Source: Catajapyx aquilonaris
Lineage: Eukaryota
DNA: 51,542 nt
Direction: 5' to 3'
Assembly (NCBI GenBank): GCA_000934665.2
Contig: KZ538723.1
Span: 1-51,542 of the forward strand
The position numbers and the translations under genes were made by a program. Positions 1-13,172 of the stretch are shown one piece after another. How positions within the stretch are numbered: position 1 is the first letter of the stretch; each line of letters starts with the position of its first letter. The notes under the pieces were generated by a model that saw nothing but the letters and a program-made list of their open reading frames with translations, was not told the origin of the DNA and made no database searches.

Positions 1-1057
1 GCCCTGGATTAATTAGGCTCCCTTTGAGCGGTGGGGCATCGTCGCGGAACAAATGTGGCCCCCCATCCCCATCCCCTCAACCCGGCCAACAAGGAATGGC
101 AATCTGAGGGTAGATGGGGGGTAGAGTGGGGGGCTAGGCCCGTTGGCCTCATTTTCCGGCCGCTGCCGGCATAATTTGGGGGCCGAGAGCGGGGGGCGAG
201 AAAAACAGCGTAATGTAGCCAGCTGAGCCAGCAAATGAGAGAGATGGCGGTTTGACGGGCGCGCTGATTCAATTAGCACAAACGAATGGGATGATGGGAG
301 GGCGACCCCCCTCCCTAAACCCTCCCCGCAAACCCTACTGCGCCAGAGGGTACATTGCGCTTTTTTGGGGTTGGAAGCACTTTTTTTTTTTTTTTTTTTA
401 AAGGGGAGGCATGTAAAAAGGTGTAGGTTGACAATGAGTGTGGCATGGCCTGCCAGAGATGCACACGTTTTCCAGGTGGGCTAAAAATTCCGCTTAGGGA
501 GCAGGTTTCAAGCGTCTCATTATTTGTGCTCGGGTGCGCTGCTCTTGCGGGGACTTAAGTGGACGTGAAGCACGGGGGTTGCAATTTTGGGCCGAGAGGA
601 CTCTTCGTAAGGTAACAGGGCATGTGTGATTATGTGCAGGTGCATGCCGGGAGGAGTGAGACATTTGTACCTGCCGGACGGATCTGCTGGACGAAATGGC
701 TTCAAGGGGGGTGCTGAATAATTGCGGTGTTATGAGGATGAGGGTTCATATGGAAATGGCGAACACTCGGCCTTGTTTTTTGGGGTGCAACAATGTAGAT
801 TCGGGGTGATTGTTAGGTCAATTTCGACTCAAACTAAATATGTGGAAAAAACGGTTGCAGGTGGAAAAATGCCGTCATACACCGGGGCAGAAATAGGGAC
901 TTACTTGTTAAGTCCAAATTGATTTTCTTGTAAATAAGCCTATAAGGTAAAAATCCTTGACCAGTCCAGAGGAATTTTGGGAGTAAAAAATAATTCCGCC
1001 ATACTCTGATGTCTAAACCACCAAACCTTCTAGAATTCTCATACACTGTACAATGTA

Positions 1058-1269
1058 CACCCGCGAGCATAAAGATAGAGACGGAAAGCTCTCACCTTCG
1101 GCAGGCTGCTCTGCCAATCTCACCTATTAAGGTATCAAAATATACTTACATAAATACACGAACATACGCATGAAGCAGCTAACTCGGTCCAAAAAGAGTT
1201 CATTAATTTGAGTCGGATAAAGAAAGGTCAAAAAAGGGCCTGTCGTCTCCATCTTTATGCTCGCGGGGG
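1058..1269. mobile_element. MITE with TA TSD (Tc1/mariner-type)
   Basis: TIR c(a/c)cccgcgagcataaagat(a/g)gagacg at both ends, flanked by TA. Confidence 0.8.
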
Positions 1270-1283
1270 TACATACTGTATAT

Positions 1284-1993
1284 CAGGGAGTTCACGAATT
1301 CGTCTGCCAACATGATACGGGTGGTAGCGGTTGAACGTGGAAGAAGCATAGTATGGGCCCGAAAGGCCGGCGACTACGTCCATCCTGACAAGTATATGGA
1401 TACCCCCTCACATGGCTGCATTGCTGGTTGCGGGGTCAGGCAATGGTGCAGGAATACGAGCGCCTGGAACCGGCAACCGGCAATGCAGGCATGTACGGGG
1501 GTTCCCATACTTGTCAGGATGGACATCGTCGATGTCAAAGGTCGACATCTCCCAGACGTAGAGTCGACGGTCTTTCGAGCCCATGCCATGCCTTTACCAT
1601 ACGCACCCCCATACCACTCATATCATATTGGCAGACGAATTCGGGTGACTCTAAGGCCGGGTTGTACCGGCTCCGGGAAAATTTATCTGGCTGCAGAAGA
1701 GCCCGCATAGTTTGTTATTCATTGTTGTCAACAATTCTGTCAACAATTAATAACAAACTATTCTGGCTCTTTGGCCAGATAAATTTTCCGGGAGCCGCAG
1801 CCGGTGCAACCTGGCCTAAGTCAGGACTCATAAGTAATTGGATTGTATATTGTTTATTTCCAGTTGTGCCAACCAGCAGATTGTTGACAGTCAGCAAAGG
1901 TTGAGTTGGCACAGTTGGCACTTGGAGTTGGCACAACTGGAAACCAACAATACTATTCAATTACCTATGTATCCAGATTTTAGAGTCACCCTG
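1284..1993. mobile_element. Composite/nested Tc1-mariner-type MITEs
   Basis: ~80-bp inverted repeats at 1296-1375 and 1561-1643; second pair gggtgactctaa (1643) / ttagagtcaccctg-TA (1980-1995); a partial related copy at ~4453-4550. Confidence 0.6.
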
Positions 1994-2132
1994 TAGTACA
2001 ACACTAGGTTTTTATAGTCGGAAGAAGTACTAGAAGGAACTCCAGGGGTCCAGTAGATCATTTTATGTAGAGGTAGCATTTTGTCTGTTGGTTACGTTAC
2101 TATAGAGGTGTGTTTTTATAATTATGCAGAAC

Positions 2133-2423
2133 CAAAGAGTTCTGCTATTATATAATATAATACCTAGAGGAGGTACTCCCTATCCTTTTCCATTAGACAG
2201 GCTGAGGCAGCCGCCATCTTGTTGGAGGTCATATTGTTGTTCTAACAGTTGTCTAGTAACTGGGACAACAACCAATAATGACAACTGGGCGACAATTAGT
2301 TCAAATAATGTCAGGCGTCCGCCATCTTGTTGGAGGTCATATTGTTGCCTGCATTGTTGCCTGCCTCACATTTCAGGCCGAGTACCTCCTCTAGGTGTAT
2401 ATATAATATAGCAGAACTCTTTG
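2133..2423. mobile_element. MITE with 8-bp TSD (P/hAT-type)
   Basis: ~45-bp TIR caaagagttctgcta...tacctagaggaggtact; TSD tgcagaac at 2125-2132 and 2424-2431; internal ~29-bp direct repeat ccgccatcttgttggaggtcatattgttg. Confidence 0.88.
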
Positions 2424-3027
2424 TGCAGAACAGTCAGACATTTTGGTAGAAAATTAGAAATTGAGTTAGGTATTTGTAAAATGGCCCTTGGAGTCCTTTT
2501 TGATGTATAGACCGATAGAGTTCCCTATAGATATACCGGTATACAGTATGCGTGAAAAAAATGATCCCGAACGAGAGCGATAACCCAGTCTTCAAACTTC
2601 AAGCCCTCCCTATCTCGAAATGACTTTGGTGTTACTTGGATCATTAATTTCCTAATTTCAGGTCTTTTGGTGTTTCAGACATCGATGCTGATTTTATTCA
2701 AAATAGGTTTCAGTGGTTTCAGTATTGACAACTAACATCATAGTCCTCACTCCGAAGGAGGTAAAATAAAACCCTCAACTTTCAAATGAACACATGACTT
2801 TATTAACCCAAGATACATGTTGGACCTTTCCACGAAGCACAGTCTAAGACCAAGGGCAAGGGAGGGTATCTCACTGTCAGTGGGGAGGTGCCAGTGCAAT
2901 ATCTCAAACAGCCATTTGGTGAGTTCACCCAGGTGCTTAAGTGTTGAAGACAGACAAAAAACCAGATTGGCAAATCACGTGAGCGTGATTAGAATAGCCT
3001 TTATCTCATTCTTTCAAGACTTGTGAA

Positions 3028-3247
3028 GATAGAGTGAACCCGGAAAACCGGAAGCTTCGGGTCACCGGAAGTTGACCGTGATACCTATTTAGGTCACTCT
3101 TAATCCGAATATGAAACCCGTTTGTCGCTATCTTTTGCGGTTGAGGCACTGATACCTGTCCACAGATGGGCGGACGGACAGACGGGCGGGCGGACAGACA
3201 GAGTCGTTCTGCAAGACGTTTTTTTGATGATGAGAAAAAGTCTAAAC
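3028..3247 (-). mobile_element. DINE-1/HINE-like (Helentron-associated) element
   Basis: Reverse complement of 30483-30673; short terminal inverted repeat (agacttttt...aaagtct) followed by a (GTCY)n microsatellite. Confidence 0.65.
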
Positions 3248-3884
3248 CGGCATTTCTACGAGACGGCATACCGGTACTTAAATGGTTTAAGTAAGGATCT
3301 AGTATTTTCGATCATTTTTCTTCCTTTCATTTCTGAACCACTGTGAAGCGGGGCAAAGCACGGGGCACGCGAGACAAGAGAAGCGGAGAGCGGAGATGGG
3401 AACAGGACACGGGGCGGACAGCGGGCAGGGAGAGAAGGGAAGGAAAGATGTCTGCCACGAAGCCGGCATGAGGTGGGAAAGGGGATCAGCATCATTCTGT
3501 CGTCTGTCACAAGGTGCTCACAAGACTGCAAGGTTTCTCTTCCCATTGGCTTTCGCGCCGAATTTCAGGCCAGCAATGTTTTGCGCTGGACCTGTTTGTC
3601 GCGGTGATGAACATCACAGAGCGCTAATTTTTTTAAAATTGATATTGGCGCACCCTCCGCGTAAAAACGCGACGTAGAAAAGCCGTGACTTTTATTTGTG
3701 AAACTAGCTTTAGTCTCAAAGCATCTCACACCAGAGGAATCCAGGAATGAAGGAGGGGCGTACTTGGGCATACAATCGCCACTCCTCTCCTTTGAAGGTG
3801 ATATGAAAATCATTAAGACAAACTTATAGGACACCTCCTGACCACCAGAGGATCACTTTACGTAAAAGTCAATTAGTTTCGTTA

Positions 3885-4132
3885 ACTTCACTCCTGTGCG
3901 GTGCAGGGAATCAATGAGATTGGGTACGGATAGGGATTTTCGGGGTGCAGGTGCAATGTCTCAAGTTTGGGCCATGTGCAGTCCCCCAGGAGGTTAGGTT
4001 GCTAGACACCTCCAAGGTGCGGGTCAGAGACCCTCCCGACGCAGGTGAAAGGGAACTCCCAGGCGGGGATCGAACCTGGGATCTTTCACTCAGCAAGTCG
4101 AGACGCTACCATCTCGGCCACAGCACCTCCCC
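3885..4132 (-). mobile_element. tRNA-derived SINE family A (3' part missing)
   Basis: On the - strand: A-box TGGCCGAGATGG, B-box GGTTCGATCCC; body shared with the other family-A copies. Confidence 0.85.
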
Positions 4133-5086
4133 AAAATTGCACGATATAACACGTAAGTAACATGAAAGCATGGTATCATACAGTAACACGACATGCAATG
4201 TTGAGTGGCGCATACCTGGCAAGATATTTGAATACTCTGTGCTTGAAGCCCACAATCTCGGTAATAAAACTGCATAGACCAAAATAAGTAATTACACGTC
4301 ATCATACACACCATAATTATAGTGTACCATAGTCCAAAACATTATTTGAACCATCAATATTGATCCTCTGGTGCCCAGGACTGGATCTAAGAAGTCTCCA
4401 TGAATAGTTTCACCATCTTGAGTAGGGAACCCTACAATATGAGAAGCGTTATACAGGGTGTAAGCCCTATACGAATTCATCTGCCAATATGGTACGCTAT
4501 GATGCGTTTTGGAGATGTCGACTTTTGACATCGACGATGTCTAACCTTACAATAAGAGGATCTGGTAAGATCACTTCTTTGCCCATGCAGTATATTAACA
4601 TCGGGATCACATCCTGCCCAGTAGGCAGCAAAGTTGATTGGCCCGCCTTGCTCTTCCCCGCCGGGAGATTGGCACCTTGGGAGTGCGTTGAGATTGGCAC
4701 CACTTGCCGGCGGCGGGGAAGATGGAGGTGGGAGGAGGTGGAGGAGAGAGAGAAGGAAGGCGAAGCAAGAGTGTGGGGTTAAAAGGTGTTAGTGAGTTTG
4801 TACCGAGGGCTAAAACGTGAGTGCTATAAGATTTGTGTGGGTGTTATTTATTGTGAAACACTGTACGTAGGGAGTACAGCGGTTTGCCGCCTTCCTCACA
4901 GAAAAGCTGTTGGGTGGGTGGCAGCATTTTGTCTTCGGGGCACGCAAATCTGCATCATCGTTTACGTCGTCAACGGTTGCTGCCTTGACATTTCTGCCTT
5001 CTTTATTTTTGACTTGTTTTGGCCCAAGGAATACGCGGATTCTCGCTTGACCTACTACAATGTAGTAAGAAACACTCTCTATATGA

Positions 5087-5428
5087 GGGGAAGGTGCGGT
5101 GGACGAGATGGTAACGTCTAGGCTTGCTGTGTGAAAGGTCCCGGGTTCTAATCCCCGCCCGGGAGTTACCTGTCGCCTGCGTCAGTGGGGTCTCTGGCCC
5201 GCGCCGAAGGAGGCGTCTTGGCAACCAGCCTTCGGGGGGACTGCACATGACTCGGTCATGCACTTCACTTGCACCTGTGTGCTGTGTCCCCTCTCAAATC
5301 CCCCAATTCTTACCCTACTTCCCTAATTGTCCTTGCACGGAGTCCGAAGAAAAACTGACGATTATTCAAATGGTGGTAATCCGGCCACCCCCATAAATGG
5401 GCTTCGTTCACTCCAATGGGATTTATAA
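5087..5428 (+). mobile_element. SINE family A, diverged full-length copy
   Basis: tRNA-like head and family-A body; ~17-bp TSD aaacactct(c/g)tatatga at 5070-5086 and 5429-5445. Confidence 0.85.
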
Positions 5429-7041
5429 AAACACTCTGTATATGACATGACTATTTTTAAGTAATTAAGTGCATCAGTATTTGTGCAGTTTGCGTGCCAC
5501 TTGAGGTAACTACATTTTTAGTAGGACACTCTCCACATGACCTGGGCCTGTTTGCAGCTCAGTCAGCATGAATAGCTATGATGATGGCAATCAACAAAAT
5601 CTTTCAACAAAAAAACATACGAGCCATTTCCTATTTTCTTGGAGCAATCCTTGCCTAGTGAACTGTGTGATTCATGGATTCTACTTTCTAACCGAACTTT
5701 GTCCTCTGACATGAGTAATTTGGCAATCCCGCACGAGAGGGCCACATGCGCTGGAGATGTGATTGCGATGAGAGGCACGGGCTATAGTGGAAATAAAACC
5801 GCAGTCTATATAAGGGTGGTCATTTCCAAATCTCCAAAAAAGGAGGGCACAGCTGCTATGTATAGGTTATACAGTATACAATACATAAAATTAATATTAT
5901 AGTCAGGGACCTATAAGCGCAAAAACCAGGCCTAACGTTGCACTTTGTGATAAGAAGGTGCCACTTGGTACACATGTTCGTGTAGGCTTGGCCTCTATAC
6001 CTTCACATCTCCTTCACATCTTCCCCTATATTCCCCCTCTCCACCCCCGCCCCCTTCCCAGGGCAGGCGGTATTTTTATTTAATAAGAGGAAATCCTATC
6101 GTCGAATCCATCTGGATCACAGTCTGAAGAACACTTGTGCTGTCGGAATATCTGCAACTTCTATCTCACTTATATATTTAATTGAAAAAAAAAAAACGTT
6201 CCTGTCTGCGTTCGAACGTGGGGGCCCTTACAATTAGCAGGAGGTGACGCGACGCTAACCATTCGCCTTATATACACGCCAGCAATAGATAGCCGCCTCT
6301 TGAAAGTTGTAGTTTCACTGCAGGATTACCAGGCATATGGCTAGCTCTTCCGGTACTATAACGCTGTCTGGGAAAAAATTAATTTTCACATCACAATATT
6401 AATCACACAAATAAAAGAAAACATGATTGAAAATATGACAAGCAGTACCAGACGTGGTAATCAGTCACAACCTTTTAATCATCCGAGAAATTAGGAATAT
6501 GATGGAGAAGGGAGGCAATTGAATTTTTGTTCCATGACGAATTAATAGTAGCCTACTGGCAAAAAGTACTAGCAAATCATTCTGACAGGCAGGCACAAAG
6601 TAGGGAAATGCATACACATGGCGATGTAAACAATATCACTTTTTGAGTGCCACCAGCAGGGAATTCGGAATCTAGAAACAAAAGTGCCTTACATTCATTT
6701 ATGCATATGGATAACAATTTATTTTTGCCTAGACCTTTCCATAACTTCAATTTTTCGCTCACAGAGCGCAGTCCTGTTCATGTCGCGTCGCATCGTACCT
6801 ATAGCGCGTCTGTCCATCTCGTTCAACTGCACTTTATGTGCTAACATGAATAACATAATGGTTGGTATTGAGTGTAATTTCGAATGTGACTTGAAAACAG
6901 CTGTTGCGATATTTTCGCTCTAAGCTGCTTGCTATTAAGCAGTTAAACTTGAATATTTACTTTAGAAGTTATCAAAAGCAGTAGTTACTATAGGACATGT
7001 GTACCCATGATTTATCAAGCCAGGAAAGGTGATCTGGCCTG

Positions 7042-7042
7042 C

Positions 7043-7080
<38 letters not shown>
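7042..7080. repeat. (CAA)n microsatellite
   Basis: 13 perfect CAA units. Confidence 0.95.
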
Positions 7081-7081
<1 letters not shown>

Positions 7082-7225
7082 TCTATCATTCACGTTTGAT
7101 GCAGTTGTTCCAATTCACCATGTTTCAATCGGAAATTCATTGCAACTCAGAGCTTGGGTATAATATTTAATTCGGCCTATTATTAGCAGTCAAAATGATA
7201 CCCACTAAAAGTAACCATTCCAAGG

Positions 7226-7373
7226 CAAGGGGGTAATCACTCGACTGAAAAGTGTACACTGGAGTACCAAATTCAAGGAGTACCACGGAGTAATAAAGAG
7301 TGAGGTGCCTGAGGAGTACCAGGGAATACCACTCCCAGGTGTACACCGGAGTACCGAAGTGATTACCCCCTTG
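7226..7373. mobile_element. 148-bp MITE with 8-bp TSD (hAT/P-type)
   Basis: TIR caagggggtaatcact / agtgattacccccttg; TSD ttccaagg at 7218 and 7374; internal GGAGTACC motifs. Confidence 0.85.
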
Positions 7374-8586
7374 TTCCAAGGTTATGGCTTAAAAATAAGT
7401 GTTTAGTTTGAAAAATTGCAATAGCAATCGGACAAGTATTTTGGATCACCCTGCATAATATGTGACGGTTATATTTTTACTGCTTGGGTAATGATAATGA
7501 CTTTCCCCACGCCGATGATAACCCGAGCCTCCATGATTCCATTTTGCACAGTGACTTTTATACCACAGTAAAAATTATTAGGTGAAGTAGGAAAATTCCA
7601 TTCAGCATTTTTAGTTAAACCTATGGCAATATTTAACTACCGAATGGTCATTAGTCTATTTGTTAACCCCATCAGGATCCCGTTCTGGTGGAAACCTGAG
7701 ACTGTTGGCACTTGTCTTGACCAAACGGTCCAGCAGCACCGCAGGAAGTCTAAAACACGAGGGAAAGGCGGTCAGGTTGAGGAGACAACTGAGGAAGTAG
7801 AAAGTGGCTTGTGTCCAGGAAGAGACCCACCGCGTTGCTGGGAAGGAAGGAAGGAGGGGGGAAGGGTTGGGGCCACCTTTTTGGGGGTGAGCAACGACGT
7901 GGGAGGAGGAGGCTGAGGGTTTCTCTGGCGGTGACGGAGTCTCTGATGGATCTTCACCCTCCGCCCACGTCTCGCCACTGGAAACTACATCTTGGGGAGG
8001 ACACCACCAACCCATGTGTCGGACGCTAACGACGCCTTCGCACTTCCTTCCTGAAAGTGCAGTCTTGCTCCTGTCACTGGCAAAAGGGGGTTTGGATGAA
8101 ACACAACCTGTCCACGCCTCGCTCGCTCAGACTCATTTTTTGGGGGGAGACAGACCACGGCTAGTGTATGAGCGGTCTAACGTGACATTTCGTCCATCTT
8201 CTGATGCTGGTTGATTCTGATTGAAAGCTGGGTATCATGCTCCTGTATGACATGGCGGCAAGGATGTGTATGCTACAGGATGGTACCGTCGCGTCGCGTC
8301 GTGAGCCTAATATGCAAATGATTATCAAGTGTGTGAGCTGTAATATATTTAACTTATATTAATTTTTTGATCTCTCATGTTAAATTTTTGGATGTCTTAT
8401 AAGAGTAACAGTGTTTTTCGTGCAAAAAACTGGATACGCATGTGTCATGGACCATGGGTATAATATGCCTGAGACTAAGGTTTGTTGAGGCCGATTTGTC
8501 GCCTTAGCAGTGTTGTGTGAGCAATATGATGTCACGATTGTGTTTGTTGCTTATATTATTATTTTATAATCAACTTTTGTTACATA

Positions 8587-9254
8587 CAGGGTTCAGAAAA
8601 ACCTACCGTCGCTTTGGGAAATGATAGAGAGGTTCTAGGCGATCACTTGGAGTATATGAAGACCTCGGGGGAAGAACGATCAGGTGAAACTGAGATATTC
8701 CAATTTCCGAAGGCCCATAATGTTCCATTGTAAATCCCACTTTCGGGGCTTTCCATAGTGACCTATGATCATTACTCCACAACCACGACCAAACCATCAT
8801 ATTCTACACTAGTGAAACTATCTTCCGGGATATGTAACTCATTTTTGACAAAACGTGGACCTTGATCGTTCTTTCCCCGAGGTCTTCATATGCAAAATGG
8901 GTCTCCGACGCATAGTTACCGAGATAATGTGTTTCAAACACAAGGTATACAATATCCTGGCACGTACACTACGCGTCCCTCCATGCAACCTTACCTTTAT
9001 ATAAATTTAAGATGTTACCATGTAATTTAATTTACGATCCTGTTAAGTGTAGCAGAGAATGGCCTATATAGGCGATAGAAAGTGTCGTAAGCAGTATTCG
9101 AAACCTATAAGCTGGGATAGTGCACTTTTTATTTAATGCTAGTTATCTTTGTAACTATGCGTCGGAGACGCACGTTGCATATTCTCAAAGAGATCTCCTA
9201 TAGAACCCCGCTATCATTTCCCAAAGCGACGGTAGGTTAAATTTTCGAACCCTG
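8587..9254. mobile_element. Tc1/mariner-type MITE family (TA-CAGGGT...ACCCTG-TA) containing a nested MITE
   Basis: Long TIRs and TA flanks; related copies at ~26687-27101 and, partially, ~14737-14975. Confidence 0.85.
8658..8887. mobile_element. 230-bp MITE with 4-bp ATAT TSD (Sola1-like target)
   Basis: TIR gaagacctcgggg..gaacgatca / tgatcgttctttccccgaggtcttc; ATAT at 8654 and 8888; absent from the sister host MITEs at 14737 and 26687; second copy at 42190-45349. Confidence 0.8.
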
Positions 9255-11739
9255 TATAGCCTACTATAGGATTGCTTGCTTTTATGGAGGAACAGTAATG
9301 TTGACAAGCTCAAAGACTGATCCTTATATATTGTTTTTCTAGCATGTTTTGTTACTGCTGGGGGCTTTGAATTTGTGATGAGCAGTTGATCATGTTTGAA
9401 TAAGGAGATTTAAAATACTGTAATAGGTTATGTCGAGTGCAGTCTCGGAATAGGATTATGTGAATCTTACCATGTGTGAATATTTGGGGGTATTATGCTA
9501 GAATGAATTTGTTCGGGGCTTGCGAACTTGTTTTATTAGTAGTAATTAATATCATTCGGCTACATTGCATTGAATTTCGCCTATAAATTGGTGTAATGTG
9601 TTGGACCTTTTTAAAATTAACTTGCTTCTTTTTCGCTTAGAAAATGATGTTGGATATCACATTTTTTACACGATACTCTTTAGTTAGCTTATTTTTTCCC
9701 TATGAGAAACTTTGAGAAGTAACATTGTCTTGACGTATTCTGGACGTAATACAGTAACTTACATAAAATATGTCGCACATCTCATATACCGGTACTTGCT
9801 GTACTGTACGAGGAAAAAGAGGAGAGGATACACATAAAAGAAGAAGCAATTCAAGGAGGATGTTATTGTCAATTCGTGGAAAAGAAGAGGATGAAGAAGA
9901 GAGATTGTGTAAGGTGGTAGCTAAAGATAATAATGCGCCATCATGCTGATGTGTTGATTTATTATAAGGGGAATTTTTTGAACATAAAAAACCATCAGAC
10001 AGTACAGTACTTACCCTTCCAATGTGAGCAGTAATATGAGGACACAGATGGAATATCAGTAGCTGAAATTGTATACTATATGATTATTAGCTTATTTGGC
10101 CAGTCACCAGCACATACACTAAGTAATACAAATCATTCACTATTAATATTGTTATACCTATGTTGACATCCAAATTACCCAAGAATCATGATTGTGTCAG
10201 ATACTGAACTGGGTTCATGAGCAACTTGTTTACAGCATAATTGCTTCAAATGCATGGTGTAATAATTATTCGCAACAGCTCAAGCAAAAATAACTTGCGA
10301 GACATTCCCAGTTTCTGCAACAAGTCAAGTTGGTCCAGATTTGTCGTTAGAGCGAGGGCAGCCTATACAGAGGATAGAGACGAAGTAATTGCCATTTTCC
10401 AATCGCGGGAATTATTTCACACGGGTAAAAGCCCGGAACAAGTCGCTTCCAGATACTGAAAAATCAACTCGGAGCTACCAACACAATGCAATGGGGAGGA
10501 GAGAAGAGGGGGTAGGGGGGAGTGGGACGTTCACAAATCAAGTCATCCAGAAATGCAACCTCCCCACCCCTCCCCATCTCCCTCTCCTCCACATGTCAGT
10601 CAATGCCATATTTTATGGGGGAACTCTTCGCCCTTATTATGTTACAACTCAGGCATGAAACTAGAGAAAGGGGGGGGAAAGGGGACATTATCCATAAAAT
10701 TGCCAATTACTGATTTGTCGATCTTAGTTTTAGTAGGCTCTTGGGTACACTGATTTGGTCACTTACGCTTGAAAATTAGTTTCACACCCTTATCAACTTA
10801 GTAGTCCTGACACAAAGACGCAAATAAAAATGCCTGATATGTGCTACATTTAATAAAAATAAATTATTTTCAACATTTCCAATGCAATTCTTATTCCGAG
10901 AATACAATATGCATAATCAATTTCGCTATCCAAATATTCCCCTCCATTTTTGTGGTCCTATACTACTCTTACTTCTTAGAATGTTACAGCCCTAATCTCA
11001 ATGGGGAAAATGATTTGAAAAGGAACCGGACTGCCTATTGAGGGCCCATTTCCTTGCTGCTTGGGGGTTCTGGCTAGAATCCGGAGTCCATTTTGTACCC
11101 TGTTTCTTGCAGACCCTGGGGGCCAACAATAGCCCTCCGAATGTGGGAGGAGGTCAGCACTCTTTGCTGATAAATCATCCGTCCCTTGACTCTTATGCTC
11201 CTTCCACCCCAACCGCCATCATCACCATGGCCGTATATATTTGCGGGAGGTCCTTTTCCCATGCTATATCCGGGGCCAGTCCGGGCGCATCCAGCCATTG
11301 CTTCCGCTGCCCTGGTTACCCCATTAGGGACCATGATTTCGGAAATTTCGGCTGGGAGTAGGGAAAAGAGGGGGTGAAAAAAAGAAAGCTATCGTGATAT
11401 CCTCATCCATCACGTGACGTTTCTCCACCAGCACTCGGCGAGTTCGTTAATGTGGAACGGACGCCGTGGGGACTGCCACTTAACATGGGACAATCGCCAG
11501 GGAAAAGAAGAGGAAAATAGCAGTTCCAGATTCATTTTGAGCATGCTCTAAACTCTAAAAGTGTTGGGTTCCTAAGTAAAAGTGCTAGGTCCTCAATCCC
11601 TCCAAGCTAGAGATGCTACTAATGGGCTTTGCCTGGATGCCAGGTACACAAGAAGTCTCTTCTAGTTCCTGTAAAATAATTTTGGCAATAGTTTTGCTTC
11701 AAAATAATATTTCTTAATATACAGAATCGTTACAAAAAT

Positions 11740-12285
11740 CAACTACTGTCACCTTTGGGTGAGATGTCGTCGTCCATGGTGACTGCTGTTGACATTGCCA
11801 GTCGATCACATCAGTCTGACGCTAGCTGTTCTTGAGAATGGACGCAAGTCTGGTGGTTCCTGACTATTTACATCCTGGGGTCAACACCATCGCCTGGAGA
11901 CGATCGTCAACTAGCACCTTTGGGTGAGATGGTGTCTCCTATGGTGACTGCTGTTTACATCGCCCGTCGAACACACCATTTCGTGCTGGACAGTTTACAT
12001 TGTTTTTGCATAGTTTTAATATGAATTTTTGTATAATATATTATATTGTATGTGTACATTGCGCGAGTGTTTATGTGTATGTGTGTATGGGTGGGTGTAT
12101 GGGTGTATGTACTTGTATATTCATGTCATCCTATCCATTATATCATCTGCGTGGCCTGACCAGTCACCAGAGGATTCATTAAACTGGTCGTACGAGATGG
12201 CCAGGTGGATTGTTCCTGGTCTGGCTGGTCATCGCTGCGGTAACCCCATCTTGGGAATATGCCGTGAGTGTAATGAATGAATGAC
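11740..12285 (+). mobile_element. Probable 5'-truncated retroposon 3' end with (ATGA)n tail
   Basis: 10-bp TSD ttacaaaaat at 11730 and 12286; tail aatgaatgaatga; internal ~60-bp direct repeat at 11750 and 11914. Confidence 0.55.
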
Positions 12286-13172
12286 TTACAAAAATTGTGT
12301 TGAACTTTTTGAACCAGTATTAACTTATTGGAACCGATAGAGTGATAAGTTTGTAATAATTGATGTAATTTATTTGATGGCCTTACCTTTTTTCACGGCG
12401 GCCATGTTGTTGGTTGGCCAGAACAAGCAATGACGGTATGCTGTGCTCTTTTTTCGGTTCCAAAGTGATGTGGAGGGGAGGGCCAGATTGTTGGCCGCCG
12501 TCAGGAGAGTGGAGAAGGTCGAGAAAAGTTGGTAACCCACCAAACATCGACGGATTTGCGGTGCTCACACTTTGCACAAAGTAACCACTTCCCGTGTTTA
12601 TTTCCCTGCTGGAAGTAGCAGTGTGACTAATTAACCCTGGCCAACCTCGCAGACCGTCACAAACACTGCCAACAACACGAGCTGGAGCGAGCATTTACCC
12701 ATGAGAATATCGTATCGCGTATCGTATCGCTTCTCCTCTTTGCCTCTCCCGTAGTAAGACTTTGCGCGTAGTGCGGCAGTGGTTCCAAAGGGCGGGCCAT
12801 GTCGGGGAGCCCCGTAGGTAGGCCACGGGCCAAACACGGGCCACAGCAGACGCTCACAAACCCCGGCAGACCTCAAAAACCCTGCCAACAATGGGCAGGA
12901 TAGGGGTTTTAGCCAAGGAACAAGATGGCTGCCTTTGTTGTGATGACGTAGCGTTAAAAGGTCCGTAGAAGTTTTACTCAATCAAGTTGCTTACATTGAT
13001 GATCAATAAATTGATCATTAGTAATTATTGATTGATTCATTGATAATAATAAAATATTTGTGTATTTGAAAAAAAATGTGTCCGATGTATTAAAATTCCA
13101 CTGGAGGGACCCGGTACTTATATACTCGCCTCTGCTTACTCGTTCGCGGCAATTGTTACCATAGGGTAAAAT

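Noticed and set aside
6118..6160. Hammerhead-like CTGAAGA...CGGAA (Penelope-type ribozyme)
   Set aside because: The GAAA core is not intact and stems I/III cannot be formed convincingly.
7258..7356. Regularly recurring GGAGTACC motifs (and the 125-bp repeats at 25918) as a CRISPR-like array
   Set aside because: Repeats are too short or irregular, lie within a MITE or form ordinary tandem repeats, the context is eukaryotic, and there are no cas genes.
7650..8220. GC-rich - strand stretch with PVTGARLHFQ...SDTWV, faintly like the N-terminus of a DIRS RT ORF
   Set aside because: No downstream RT, RNase H or tyrosine-recombinase motifs, and the frame closes. Left unassigned; a BLASTx would settle it.
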